From NCBI GenBank assembly GCA_951406725.2, contig OX597821.1, positions 94,860,001-94,924,000 on the forward strand: a DNA stretch of 64,000 nucleotides, read 5' to 3'. Shown here one piece after another: positions 1 to 13,616 of the stretch. How positions within the stretch are numbered: the first letter of the stretch is position 1; each line of letters starts with the position of its first letter. This DNA comes from Octopus vulgaris. Its lineage: Eukaryota. The notes below the pieces were generated by a model. That model was not told where the DNA came from. It did no database searches and saw nothing but the letters and a program-made list of their open reading frames with translations. Position numbers and translations under genes: made by a program.

Positions 1-407
1 TGACCTTAACCAGTTGAGCATGTCCCTTTGTGGCCGACGATATGTGTATCTCTGATCACGAGCAGAAGTAGTGGGGGAGCATCATAGCCGTGTGTTGAGA
101 GGGATTCTTTGGGGTTTGAATAATTCACCTCTGGAAACATGGGTGGTTCTTTCAACATTCTTAAACAACCCTTATTCAGGGACCTTTTGAGCGGGATGGG
201 CTACTCAATCTGAAGAAAATTCTAACTAGGCCCCACCTGCAAGGTCATGTGCTGTTTATCTTGATATGAGATCACCATGTCGCGCACATATGGTTGTGAT
301 GCATGTGCCTGGTGTACCCTTATCAGGCGGGTAGTCATGATGGGTATATTGGGCTTCGTATATTTTACCCCAGTGTCACTTTGATGGCATGAACTGCTCT
401 CTCACTC
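1..407. mobile_element. End of an interspersed repeat abutting an (AAT)n tract; possibly the terminus of a microsatellite-targeting non-LTR element (R4/Dong-like)
   Basis: Complex GC-richer sequence ending sharply at ...CTCTCTCACTC|AATAATAAT. Class is inferred from the (TAA)n junction only; no coding motif seen. Confidence 0.4.
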
Positions 408-457
<50 letters not shown>

Positions 458-549
458 TGATGATGATGATGATGATGATGATAATAATAATAATAATAAT
501 GATAATAATAATAATAATGATAATAATAGTAATAATAATGATAATAGTA

Positions 550-588
<39 letters not shown>

Positions 589-816
589 GTAATAATAATA
601 ATAATGAGGAGGAGGAGGAGGAGGAGGAGAGGAGAAGAAGAAGAAGAAGAAGAAGAAGAAGAAGAAGAAGAAGAAGAAGAAGAAGAAGAAGAAGAAGAAG
701 AAGAAGAAGAAGAAGAAGAAGAAGAAGAAGAAGAAGAAGAAGAAGAAGAAGAAGAAGAAGAAGAAGAAGAAGAAGAAGAAGAAGAAGAAGAAGAAGAAGA
801 AGAAGAAGAAGAAGAA
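408..816. repeat. Compound microsatellite (AAT)n-(ATG)n-(GAG)n-(GAA)n
   Basis: Directly visible; explains ORF 454..828. Confidence 0.97.
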
Positions 817-849
817 GGAAATCGCTAGGTAAAATTAAGCAAAACAGCT

Positions 850-945
850 AAAGATAATGATTTGCGACACTTGGAAATGAAGGTGTGTACACTGTCAGAG
901 GTCAGTTGTCCGGCTGATATTAACAAAATGTTAAAGATAAGCGGA
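850..945 (+). mobile_element. Short R4/Dong-like restriction-like endonuclease fragment
   Basis: KVCTLSEVSCPADIN matches KVCTVIEVSCPADIN in the remnant at 19301-19345. Confidence 0.6.
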
Positions 946-1896
946 AATGCAGTCTTGTGTAACAATGGTTTGGTCAACTGTGAATTGCTGAATTCAACGT
1001 TCCCTAAAGAACGCAAGGAGGATTCTTGCCAATGTCCTCATATATATATACAATTAGACCAATACATATGCTTCAAAAAGACTCAATGTATACACGATGA
1101 AAATAAACCCGCTGGAATGTTTTCTCTATTATTTTACTTTCTTTACTCGCTCAAGGCTTTCTTTTTTTTACCTGGCAGCTGCTGGAACAAAATTTCGTAT
1201 CTTTTTGATATTTATTGTGCAGGCTCATAACAAAATGGGTTTACTTTAAGTATAATACATAGATGATTACTCGAATCTGCCTCAATTAGGTACACCGGAT
1301 TTTTAATTAGTCGAGCGGTTATTCGCAATATCAGTGAATAATTTAAGAGACGGCGAACTCTTGTCCGTGCATATAGCTGGCTGCGAGTTACGCGCCATTA
1401 AAAAAGGCACCAAAGAGGTCGAAATGTCTCAGATCTTCTCGCTGGTCGCTGCCATGGCCAATATTCGTTTCTCTCTTAAGGAATGTTTTCTTAGAACAAA
1501 TACTGCAGTAACTGGCCTATCGACAGTGTCCATACATTAAATATAATACATGAATTGCTATTTTAAAGTTACTTTAAGATAATGATTATTATTTAACATA
1601 GGCTCACGAGCAGTGGATGGAATTTACTCAAATACACGAGTAATTTTCATTTTATCGACCTTAGAATATTTGCATAAAAATATCCCACCAAATATTATCC
1701 ACTATTTAATTATTTCTTCCTCTTTACTGTTTTCTATATTATTTTGTAATTCTTATAATTCATACTGTCTTTAAGGTGATAAATTCTAGCGTTGGAGTAC
1801 GATAGAATCATTCCCATTATTGAATTGGCGTTTATTCTCTGTTTTCAACCTCAGGGTGTTTAATTAGACTTCGATGGAATTTTAACTGAGTAGAAT

Positions 1897-2155
1897 GTAT
1901 CGACCCCAGTAATTATTTTTCTTTTAAAGCCTGGTACTTATTCTGTCGCTTATTTTTGCCGAACCGCTAAGTTACGAGGATATAAACACACCAGCACCAG
2001 TTGTTAAGCGGTGGTGTGGAGAACAAATACAGACACAAACACAGACACACACACTCTCTCTCTCTCTCGCTCACACACACACACTCTCTCTCTCTCTCGC
2101 TCACACACACACACACACACACACTCTCTCGCTCACACACACACACTCTCTCTCG

Positions 2156-2211
<56 letters not shown>

Positions 2212-2375
2212 CGACGAGCTTCTTTCAGTTTCCGTCTACCAAATCCACTCATAAGGCTTTGGTCCGCCCTAGGTTATAGTAAAAGACACTTGCCCAAGTT
2301 GCCACGCAGTGGGAATGAACCCCGTGCCATGTGAGCGGGAACAAGCTTCTTACCACACAATCACGCCTTCGCCTA
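1897..2375 (-). mobile_element. tRNA-derived SINE, family A, with internal microsatellite
   Basis: Reverse complement of the 5204-5666 element. Confidence 0.9.
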
Positions 2376-2831
2376 TATATAAGGAATCTTGATTAACAAT
2401 TAGTCTAGAAGGGTGGGACCTGGCTAAATAGTTGTTCTACTTTAAAGTTTTTCTGAAAATGTTCTACTTTAAAGTTTTCCTTGAAAATTTTCCTCATGTT
2501 TATGCAACAGTCATTCCAAGATATTGTTGTATATATTCCAGGAGTCTGGTTTTCTTTCTAATGTCTTTCTAGTGATATCTTCATGGGAAATCAATTTCTA
2601 TGTTGATTTGTTTTGTCTTTTAATTACCAGACTTTAGAGTGTTGATTAAGTTGCGTGAACTACCGACAACACGATTTCTCAAAGCAGATATGATCGAAAT
2701 ATTTTAACATTGTGCTTCAGATTCCAAGATAGGATTGCCAAATGAAATTAGACGAGATACGTTCTCATCATCTCCGCTGTTTGTGGCGTTGGCGTTGGCG
2801 TTGGCGGCGGTGGTGGTGGTGGTGATGGTGG

Positions 2832-2883
<52 letters not shown>

Positions 2884-3236
2884 CGTAGTTGTGTTGGTGG
2901 TGGTGACGATAATCATGGTGATGATGAGGAGAAGGAAAATGGTATTTTGTGAAGCCTGTAGTGTATATATTTTTTTCTTTTTCCTCCCAGTTTATCTCTG
3001 CCCTTCCTTACCAGGACAAGCCAAACCAGACCAACTCTACTACTGACCCGTTAGTAAAGGAGAAGTAGAAAAACATTTTCTGCGAGGAAAAATATTAGTC
3101 TTTAACACATATGAGTCTTTCTGTATATATGTGTATATTAAGCTACAATTTTTTACGGAGATTTGTGTCTCTAAGTGTAATTTATTCATTCATTATTCTT
3201 AATTTTCTATTCTTCTAATCATTATCATACATTTAG

Positions 3237-3336
3237 NNNNNNNNNNNNNNNNNNNNNNNNNNNNNNNNNNNNNNNNNNNNNNNNNNNNNNNNNNNNNNNN
3301 NNNNNNNNNNNNNNNNNNNNNNNNNNNNNNNNNNNN
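3237..3336. other. Assembly gap (100 N)
   Basis: Run of N. Confidence 1.
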
Positions 3337-3339
3337 ACA

Positions 3340-3383
<44 letters not shown>

Positions 3384-4067
3384 TATACACACGCACATAC
3401 ACACACATACACACATACACACACACACATACATATATATATTTATATATTTATACACAGGTACTCACAGACTTCCCTCCAGACAGGTAGGCACAAACAG
3501 TTTCACCCTCTCACTCCTTCACTCTATCAATCCCCCCCACACACACACGGACTGGTGACTCATTCAAGTGAAAGAAACAGTGAACTAGTAAGTAAATGGG
3601 ACAGTGGAAAAGAAGGGTGGGGAGTAGTCGCTTTTAACAAGGTTGGAGTGAAGGTGGTGGTGGTGGGGAAAGATTGCGGTGTAGAGGAGATAGAAAGATC
3701 ATAGGTGAGACATAGAGAGAGAAAGAGAGAGTTGGGGAGCGGGAGAAAGGTGTGTGAAAGAGGAGGAGAGCGAAGTGTGACAGAAAAGCAGGTAAGCACA
3801 CAGGATAAAGAGAGTGGCGTGAAAACGCACACATGAACAGGTATACAAAGAGAGATGTAATGAATATAAAGAAAGGAGCAGAGAGAGAGAGAGAGAGAGA
3901 GAGATGTAGGGGGAGAGAACATGTAGAGAAAAATATAAACAAGGAGAATCCTTAAAGAAGGGGAGGTGAAGAAGTTAATCACACGCCGCCGCTTCGCTCA
4001 CACGCTTATACATGCGACTACAAGCCTTAAACTACTTTATTGTAGAGAAAAACATTGTACGTAATAT

Positions 4068-4329
4068 ATAATAATAATAAAGAAATTATTGTATACAGTG
4101 CTCAGGTGCACCACAACTTGTCAGAAAGTGCGTATAAAGCATACGCAGTAATGTACAAATGTCTGGGAAGTGAACTGTGTATGAGTCAGATATATGCTTG
4201 TGTGTGTATGGAGGGGAGAAAATCGGGTGTAGTATTGGCGAATCTCAGGAAGCATGGAAGTTTTGAAGGATGCAGTGCTCCGACAACTAACAACTGATGC
4301 CGGCAGTTTGTTCCATGCTTCAGCAACTC
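4068..4329 (-). mobile_element. 3' end of a CR1/L2-type LINE
   Basis: Minus-strand VAEAWNKLPASVVSCRSTASFKT resembles the CR1/L2 C-terminal WNxLP motif, followed by a 3' UTR and (ATT)n tail. Confidence 0.75.
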
Positions 4330-4426
4330 ATATACATATACAACTTATAAACATTAACATATAAGTAAACGGTTTGTGCATGCAGCTTAGGTGCGTGTGA
4401 GTGTATGTGTATGTGTGCGTGCGTTC

Positions 4427-4457
<31 letters not shown>

Positions 4458-4954
4458 CACGCGCATGCTTATATTGATATCAACAGTTCATAGACTGGAA
4501 TTAGTTCTAGACAACGTATCTTTTATCTTGCAATTGTTTCTATCATTAGAGTGCTGCCATTTTGGGGTAAAACCTTGAGGAATTTATGATGGAACAAATC
4601 GACCTCAGTTGTAGAGCGGTGAGGAGGGGACACTCACAAAGACACACATGTACATAAATACATACATGCATGCATGCATACATACATGTATACATACATA
4701 CATGCATACATGCATACATACTTAAATACATACATACGTGCGTACGTAGTACTTAAATACATACATAGCTACATATGTTTCAGGATTACATGTATTTTTA
4801 TGGGATCACCATATCCATAGGCTATTATTAAATATTGTTTACAATATTTATGGCTCCTATAGGAGCCCCTTAATTCGACATGCATACTTCTTCAGGCACT
4901 TTATGCATATATAAATATACGTTTGCGTGTGTGTATGTGTGTATGTGTGCGTGT

Positions 4955-5125
4955 GGATGTGCGTGAGACGGGCTTCCACACAGTTTCCATACACCAAATT
5001 CATTCACAAGAGATTGGTCAATTACGGCTATAGTATAAGGCATTTGTCTAAAGTGCCGCGCTGTGGGTTGAACCCCAGACTACATTGTTGCAAAGCGAGC
5101 TTTGTAAACACACAGCCATGCCTGT
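4955..5125 (-). mobile_element. SINE family A, degenerate 5' half
   Basis: Similarity to the family A head and body. Confidence 0.75.
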
Positions 5126-5203
5126 ATATAAATTATACAAAATAGTTCCGAGCACTAATACAGGACATAGAAACAGGAAGTTACCCATAAATTTTGTACT
5201 CAT

Positions 5204-5371
5204 AGGCGCAGGAGTGGCTGTGTGGTAAGTAGCTTGGTTCCACATGGTTCCGGGTTCAGTCCCACTGCGTGGCACCTTGGGCAAGTGTCTTCTACTATAG
5301 CTTCGGGACGACCAAAGTCTTGTGAGTGGATTTGGCAGACGGAAACTGAAAGAAGCCCGTCGTATATATGT

Positions 5372-5440
<69 letters not shown>

Positions 5441-5666
5441 TGTGTGTGTTTGTGTGTCTGTGTTTGTCCCCCTAGCATTGCTTGACAACCGATGCTGGTG
5501 TGTTTATGTCCCCGTTACTTAACGGTTCGGCAAAAGAGACCGATAGAATCAGTACTGGGCTTACAAAAGAATAAGTCCCGGGGTCGAGTTGCTCGATTAA
5601 AGGCGGTGCTCCAGCATGGCCGCAGTCAAATGACTGAAACAAGTGAAAGAGTAAAGAGTAAAGAGT
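5204..5666 (+). mobile_element. tRNA-derived SINE, family A, full length
   Basis: Pol III A/B-box-like head (TGGCTGTGTGG...GGTTCAGTCCC), CCTTGGGCAAG core, internal (TA)n/(TG)n, (AAGAGTA)n tail; more than 10 copies in the window. Confidence 0.93.
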
Positions 5667-6081
5667 ATATCAGTCGCATACTTGTAACCACCATTCTGAT
5701 TAATATGAAATGCTCTTAGTCTCAGCTAAAATATTATTACCAAAATGGAAAACTGGTTTAAACTAACCGACACCTCGTCACCACCTATGAAATGAGGGCG
5801 ACTGATAATTTTTTTTCTTGTTACTTAAACTCTGGTAGGCTTCACGCTTAAATTCTAGAGATGAAGAGCAACAGGCTATACAGCGATGGTTAAGATGGTC
5901 ATGCTAGCCCAGCAAGCTTCCGAAATACTAGTGAATGTTTTACTCATCGTTTCCTCTGTGGGAAAGCATGAATTTCGTTCAATCATGTACACGGAATTGA
6001 CAAGAAAGGCGAAATGCGACTATTGTTCTCGTTAGTCACTGTAGCGACAACATGTATCTAGTTCCAATATGTGTGTGTGTA

Positions 6082-6703
6082 TGATGGACGACCAATCGTG
6101 ACCGAGAAAAGCCATTACTGACCTGTATGAACATTGTGCGCTCAAGACTACCTTATACTTTACACTTGCGGCTCCGTTGGTGAATAACGAGCCCTGCTCT
6201 TAACAAACATACACGACTGCAAACATTGCAGACCAAGCTTTCCCCGTTCATTACACTAGCAGTGCGTTTTCCAGCAGCACGTTTAAATTCTTCATGAAGA
6301 ATACGTGCTCTTTCAAAGGTATCAACTCCCTCCTTTACCCGTTTCCTCCATCCGTGGCAATGACAAGCATTGCTCTCACAGTCAGCTTCCCGCATTTCAC
6401 AGGCCTTTAATGAAGATTTTACACAGTTCTTAAATTGCAGTCTTGGCTTCTTCCGGGGTCACTTTTCACTAACAAGTCCTCCATATAGCATCTGTTTAGG
6501 GATCCTGCTATCATTCATTCTAACAAGGTGTCCAGTCCAACGTAACCGGTGCTTGTGCACCATCGCTTCAATACTCAGGACATCGGCTTTCCTTAGGACC
6601 TGCGTATTTGGAGTTTTTAAGGTCCAGCCAACATTCAGGATGTATTTCAGACATCTCTGATGGAAGCGTTCAAGGATCTTTACATGACGTTTGTAAAGGG
6701 TCC

Positions 6704-6705
<2 letters not shown>
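6082..6705 (-). mobile_element. 5'-truncated RTE-clade LINE (post-RT C-terminus and C2H2 finger) inserted in (GT)n
   Basis: LERFHQRCLKYIL...RLRWTGHLVRMNDSRIPKQMLYG...CNVCSRVC...GLVIHQRS; one in-frame stop; GT repeats on both sides. Confidence 0.9.
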
Positions 6706-6768
<63 letters not shown>

Positions 6769-6949
6769 CGTGCGTCTGGCTATACAATTCTGATCAGTCA
6801 TATCTGATGATTGTTTGGTCATACCTTCTCCTTCGAAATGTCTAGTTTAAATGAAACACTCCGATAACTTTACTAAGACAAACTTGGTTCTTAGTTTATA
6901 ATATCATATTCTATTGAAATTCTACTCTATTAATTATATATATGATAGC

Positions 6950-7190
6950 GGTGGTGCATAGCTTAGTGATTAGAGCGTTGGTCTCATGATCTTAAGATTG
7001 TCGTTTCAATTCCTGGACCAGGCGACGAGTTGCGTTCTTGAGCAAAACACTTCATTTCACGTTACTCTACTGCACACAACTAGCAAAAATGAGTAATCCT
7101 TCGACGGACTAGCGTCCCGTCCAGGAGGAGAATATAGACGCCACAGAATACGTGAAACCGGCCTTATGGGCGATATGATTCGGGAAGGAT
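6950..7190 (+). mobile_element. Degenerate tRNA-derived SINE related to family C
   Basis: tRNA-like head TAGCTTAGTGATTAGAGCG...GTTTCAATTCC, CTTGAGCAAAACACTT core, tail similar to 13820-13890. Confidence 0.7.
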
Positions 7191-7899
7191 ATTTTTTTAA
7201 AATTGTACAATGTGAAATCGTTTTTCTCTTCGTCTATCTGCGTAATTGATGGAACAAATGCGAAATAGAACTCGATAGGCAAAATATTGCGCTTATACAA
7301 TTTTAATTAACGGTAAATTTTAATTAACTGTAAAGCTACGTAAGTAAGACACGAGTCGAGAATTTCGTGCGTTACACTCAAGTTCATTTGTAAATCTAAT
7401 ATATAATTCTTAAATTTGACAATTTTAAAAAGTTAGATTGAAAAGTGTATTGTAAAACATTTTCAAACCTTTAACTTTGCACTTAAGCATATATATGTGT
7501 ATGTGGGTGAATATATACCTCTGTGTGTGTATATATATATATAGATATATATACACGCAAATACATGCATGCATATTTTCATACATATACTTTTAGAGAA
7601 TTTGAATTTATCTGGGTGGTCATGCTGCCACATGAATGTCTAGTTTTTGTCTGATTCATATATGTATACACGAACAGACACACACACACACACACATTCG
7701 TCATTTCTTCTGTACACACGCTTCGTGCATACATACACACATATTTTTATAGGGATAAATATATATGTATATACATGCGTATATATATATATATGCATAT
7801 ACATATATATATATATTTATTTATTATATAGAAGGAGCTTCTACAGGACTAGAACTGTTTCATTCAAGAGAAATCTTAACCCCGAATCAACCCGGGACC

Positions 7900-7937
<38 letters not shown>

Positions 7938-8009
7938 TATATATGCATATATACATATATATCCATGTGTATATACATATATATATAAGTATATATGCAC
8001 ACACACACA

Positions 8010-8070
<61 letters not shown>

Positions 8071-9382
8071 GTTGTCAAACACTTACTTGGTTGTTTGCTA
8101 AGTTTGTCGTTGTGTAGGTGTGGTCGTTAGACTCGATTTTTATAATAGACAATATTCTTCTTTCATTGAAGCTGTTTAAGTTACTTATGTCGACGTCTAC
8201 GCTTATATAATAGACATATTTGATTTCTTTATCTTACGGGTGGTACTAGTGCGTGCAATAAGGGTGACCAGTGATACATTGTCAAAAGAGATCTTCAATT
8301 AGGGTACCTTTAGAAAACATCACTAATTGTTGCTATTTATATGCTGTCGGTCTATATTTATATAAAGAGGAGTCGTGTATTTGGGAACGGGGATTTCATG
8401 TCTAATTGTTTAACAGTTAGATAATTCTATATTTAGAATCTTATAAGTTAATACTCTTTTACTATTTTCATTGTTGAAATCATTATATGAGGCAGTAGAG
8501 TTTTATTTGAATTATCAGTCAAGAAGGGTTCTACCACGAAGAGTTTATTTTAGTATGATTAAGCAGCTGCTATCTTCATCATCGCACAGCATCCTCGCTT
8601 TATCTCTCTATCTATCACTAACTCTCTCACCCCCTTTCTATTCAAATATAATTTTCATTTTCACTGATTTTCACTAAACCAACAAGAGAAAGAAATGAGA
8701 GAGAGGGAGAGAGAGAGAAAAGAAAGAGAGATATTCAAGGAGAGTTTAAGAAGGAAATAATTGAGTTTGTCATTACACAAATATTCCCCAAATTTCATTA
8801 ATTGATACCTCCATTTTCTCTTATTTTGCATTTGTACAGCTGGCTGTGCAATCCGTTTTACCTTCTAAATCCATTTCGTAGCTGGTGGTTTGAGGGAGAT
8901 ACGCCTGTTTTGCAGAGAGAACGGTTGGATATTCCAAATACTAGCTCTCTACTTGAGATCACACCTATTTCAACATCATCTGGCGCTATTCTTCCTCCAT
9001 TGACGTTCCAGGGAAATTTGTCCTTTCGGCTCACAATAATGGGTGTAGGCATGCTCGTTTTCTTTAAATAGTTTGGTCTGCAACTCTGTAGCTTCGGATT
9101 CAACGCCGATACTCGGCTTTGTGGATGTCACCTATCATAGCCACGTAAAGACCAACGAGTTGTGAGTAAACATTGATTGATGGAAGCCATGTAAAAGCCC
9201 GCCAGAAGGAGCAATCCTGTCCTGAAGAGACAGACTTAATCTCACATCTGGTGTAACACCATCACCTAGCATCTGGGAGCCTTCAATTAAATTGCACACA
9301 TTGTGCTAGGTCGCCAATCTTCCTACCACCAGTGGAGCAGAACCTAAAACTGATCTTAGATTGTATCCTTCTTTGTCTAAGC

Positions 9383-9797
9383 CAGTGGTTCGCAACCACT
9401 TTTTTTTCAACCTATGAGGCCCTTTAGTTTCTCTTTTACTCGGATGGACCCTCAAATCCATTCGATATTTGAAAAATCATATATTATTATAATTAAATAT
9501 CACTTTCAAGTTTTGGCACAAGGCCAGCAAAGGATGAAACGCAAAGTCGACCTCGGTGGAATTTGAACTCAGAGCATAAAGACAAGCAAAATACCACCAA
9601 GCATTTCACCCGGCGTGCTAAAGATTCCGCCAGTTCGCCACCTTTTTATTACTAAATATTATTAGAAATTGCATAAAAATTTTTTTTTTATATTCTGTGT
9701 ATTGTAGAAGTACAACCAATTTATTTCACATAAATTTTAAAAGCAAAATCTTACACAGATCCCTAATGGCCATACGGACCCAGGTTGAGAACCACTG
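9383..9797. mobile_element. Non-autonomous hAT (Charlie-like) MITE with nested family B SINE fragment (about 9505-9643)
   Basis: TIRs CAGTGGTT/AACCACTG; degenerate 8-bp TSD GTCTAAGC/GTCGAAGT. Confidence 0.8.
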
Positions 9798-10630
9798 GTC
9801 GAAGTCATAGCAAAAATAGATACCATTCAGTTTAATTATCCATTAATGTTATCCAAGAAAAACAGCGCTTCAAGCGAGATACAGCTGTCTCCATTCTCAC
9901 TTCACGAGAAGAGTTATAAAAAATATGTAAGAAAAATAAAACATTTAATAAATTTTATTCCATATTTTAAAATGTACTGAGTTCTTTGTCATATGACTCA
10001 TCTTAGTCCTTGGGCTGAGATCCTCACGGTTATTAATATTTAAATATATGTGCGTGTGTATGTATACGTGTATGCATGTGTATCCGAAGCACACGGAAAT
10101 ACACACATAGTGACATACACATACATACGCACTCGCACAGGTGTGTGCACGGCTATTGTTCACGAAGAAGACGGAAAACAAAACACTGACTTGAGTCATA
10201 TGTTTGTCTAACTCTCATTCTCACAGTGGTACGCATACAAAGAACAGCGCTTAATATGCTACACACACATACACACACATCACACACATTTACCATACAC
10301 ACATTACCACGAATACAAAGTTATTGTATACGTACACACAAACATAACAAATACACAACGCAGCACTAGACATACACACCCTCAAACATACACCCAGACA
10401 CACTCATACCTCTACATACATTCAAACACACACTTTTAAATACACACACACATTGAAGTATATTCCTACAAGTTTATACGCACACACAATCACAGGCATA
10501 CATACATACATAAATAAATATACAAATACATGCAAGCATACATACATATATACATACATACGTACATGCATGCGCCTATACATACATACGTACATGCATA
10601 CATACATACATACATACATACATACATACA

Positions 10631-10666
<36 letters not shown>

Positions 10667-11384
10667 TATATACACTCGCAAACATTCACACAGGCATAAA
10701 TCAAAGAATAAATATACATGCAGACATCCAATCACACACACATAGATTTCATATAATCACTGTTATATACAATCGCATACACACATATCACACACACACA
10801 CACACGTACTTATACTCGCGCACATATAGTGCCTCAACACACCCCACCCTCTTGTGGCAAAAGAAACGCACCACTATACACACATACACTCTCAATCTCT
10901 CTCACTCACACAAACACACACTCACACACACACAAATAGACGCAAGTACACAAACGTATATATATGAAAATTATTTTAACACTCATAAATTTCATTACAA
11001 AACAGCTACACTCACACTTTAATATACACCCAGCTACACTCACACATGCAAAAATACGACCCTCTTGTTGACGTGTATTCTAGTTGTTCAATCCACAAAA
11101 CTATCAAACCATTTAATTATATCATAAGTGGCGTTTAACATTCGCTCTAGTGTTGTAAACTGTCCTAAAAAACTCAAAGTAAATTACGTTAGAAGCCAGA
11201 AGGGACAACAGTGATATCTCATGGTTTCATGTAAACAATCTAAGTGACAGTCTCTCAACCACATCTACATTAGATGAATTATTATTGATAGGGGCAAATA
11301 GCTCTTCTCAAGAAAGGAATTGGTTCGTAGAGTCCGAGAGAACTCACAGGAACAAAGCCACCGATTCCTGTTGGTTCTTTCTCT

Positions 11385-11552
11385 GCAGGAGTGGCTGTGT
11401 GGTAAGTAGCTTGCTAACCAACCACATGGTTCCGGGTTCAGTCCCACTGCGTGGCATCTTGGGCAAGTGTCTTCTACTATAGCCTCGGGCCGACCAAAGC
11501 CTTGTGAGTGGATTTGGTAGACGGAAACTGAAAGAAGCCCGTCGTATATATG

Positions 11553-11583
<31 letters not shown>

Positions 11584-11786
11584 TTGTCCCCCTAGCATTG
11601 CTTGACAACCAATGCTGGTGTGTTTATGTCCCCGTCACTTAGCGGTTTGGCAAAAGAGACCGATAGAATAAGTACTGGGCTTACAAAAGAATAAGTCCCG
11701 GGGTTTAGTTGCTCGATTAAAGGCAGTGCTCCAGCATGGCCGCAGTCAAATGACTGAAACAAGTAAAAGAGTAAAGAGTAAAGAGT
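11385..11786 (+). mobile_element. SINE family A, full length
   Basis: Near-identical to 5204-5666. Confidence 0.93.
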
Positions 11787-11925
11787 TCATGAATGGTGTA
11801 GGATTATTGCTTTGCTCACATGTAACTGTATTGGCTATCATGCATCAAAATGCAAACCACAGAATTGCCCCCTCAGTGGTGTTCGTTGCTGAATATAGTA
11901 CATTAGAACGGCGTACCTCAGCTGC

Positions 11926-12143
11926 TACAAGGGGCTGCTGAAAAGTTCCTAGCTTTAAGAGTAACGTGAAAGCCTGGTTGGAAGCCCAACCTTCTGAGTT
12001 CTTTTACAGGGCTTAGAAAAGCTGAAGGATCGCTGTAATGTGTGTGAATCTGAGAGGGAAATATGTTCAATAAAATCCTAATTAGCTGATCCTCCTACAT
12101 TTTCTTTTACCGAAAGCCAGGAACTTTTCAGTACTCCTTTGTA
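11926..12143 (+). mobile_element. Mariner-derived MITE
   Basis: TA TSD; about 30-bp imperfect TIRs (CAAGGGGCTGCTGAAAAGTTCCTAGCTTT / AAAGCCAGGAACTTTTCAGTACTCCTTTG); frameshifted mariner C-terminal remnant WLEAQPSEFFYR...KLKDRCN...GKYVQ*. Confidence 0.85.
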
Positions 12144-12623
12144 TTTCTGAAATACTAAATGTATTAATAAAATCCACTATATATATATGGGTACCTGTGG
12201 ACGTGACATAATTACGTTCTTTTTAAGAAATCTTGATATGTCACTATTGTCACTTCCTATGTCTATCGCATTTTGCTTTCATTTTTTAAAAACAAATTAC
12301 TTTCATACTTTTTACGACAATGAGTCAACTTAGTGACTCAGTAGTGCACTGCTGGCACGGATACACTTAATATAATTTTTGGGCGTTGTTGTGTGACGTT
12401 GTCAGTGTGACGTTGTCGTTGTTGTTGTTGCTGTTGCTGTTGTTGTTATTTAATCCAGCGAATTGGCTTAGACATTAGAGCGCAGGAAATGAGCCATGAG
12501 GTAATTGTTGCAGTTATCTGCGCTCTAAATTTAAATTTCACCGACATCTTCGCACTTCGTCGTTTCGGGGTCGATAAAACGAGTTACCACCTCAGAGTAG
12601 AGGTAGTAGCTTATTTTATTGGC

Positions 12624-13013
12624 GGAGGTGCAATGGCCCAGTGGTTAGGGCAGCGGACTCGCGGTCGTAGGATCGCGGTTTCGATTCCCAGACCGGGCGT
12701 TGTGAGTGTTTATTGAGCGAAAACACCTAAAGCTCCACGAGGCTCCGGCAGGGGATGGTGGTGATCCCTGCTGTACTCTTTCACCACAACTTTCTCTCAC
12801 TCTTACTTCCTGTTTCTGTTGTACCTGTATTTCAAAGGGCCAGCCTTGTCACTCTCTGTGTCACGCTGAATATCCCCGAGAACTACGTTAAGGGTACACG
12901 TGTCTGTGGAACGCTCAGCCACTTACACGTTAATTTCACGAGCAGGCTGTTCCGTTGATCGGATCAACCGGAACCCTCGTCGTCGTAACCGACGGAGTGC
13001 TTCCATCCATCCA
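12624..13013 (+). mobile_element. tRNA-derived SINE, family C, tail type 1
   Basis: tRNA head TGGCCCAGTGGTTAGGGCAGCGG...GTTTCGATTCCC; (CCAT)n tail; 12-bp TSD TATTTTATTGGC. Confidence 0.92.
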
Positions 13014-13278
13014 TATTTTATTGGCAGAATTATTAAACCGACCGTCGGCCGAGGCGCAATGAGGTACGGTGTATCTTCCATGTATTTATTTATTCATTCA
13101 CTCATTCGTTCGTTTGTTTGTTTATATTATCCTGAGTTATTGGACGCAATCGTTTACTTGGTGAACGGAGGTGTTAAAAAGTATAGAGTCGATAGCATCG
13201 CCCTTCCTACTCTGATTAAATAATATAGCTCGATCCTGGTCAAACGCACCTACAATTAAAGACATTCTAACCATGACC

Positions 13279-13511
13279 TATTTCTTTACTACCCACAAGG
13301 GGCTAAACACAGAGGGGACAAACAAGGACATACAAACGGATTAAGTCGATTATATCGACCCCAGTGCGTAACTGGTACTTAATTTATCGACCCCGAAAGG
13401 ATGAAAGGCAAAGTCGACCTCGGCGGAATTTGAACTCAGAACGTAACGGCAGACGAAATACCGCTACGCATTTTGCCTGGCGTGCTAACGTTTCTGCCAG
13501 CTCGCCGCCTT
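13279..13511 (-). mobile_element. SINE family B (Nin/Deu-domain type)
   Basis: GCCTTTCATCCTTTCGGGGTCGATAAATTAAGTACCAG core on the minus strand; 16-bp TSD CATTCTAACCATGACC. Confidence 0.92.
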
Positions 13512-13616
13512 CATTCTAACCATGACCATCACATCTTGTTTCCGCGTTGTAGTGTAGCCTGGACTAGATTAACTATCCCCTCTCTTCTTTTTTTTAACAG
13601 TAGTATGTGATCAAGC

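Noticed and set aside
300-407. Possible HDV, twister or hammerhead ribozyme at the element terminus (minus-strand CTGATAAG, AAGCCC, GGGTA/TACCC helices)
   Set aside because: Hairpins are present but I could not fit a complete consensus core for any of these classes by eye
454-828. 124-aa ORF and the many [16 protein letters not shown]/poly-K ORFs across the track
   Set aside because: Stop-free translations of microsatellites, with no domain content
6804-6842. CTGATGA...GAAATGTC hammerhead-like spacing
   Set aside because: The intervening sequence forms no stem II and no convincing stem I
12624-12695. tRNA-like sequences (also 13617, 25140-25213, 46165-46240 and family A heads)
   Set aside because: They are SINE heads continuing into repeat bodies, some with TSDs; no complete cloverleaf or terminator
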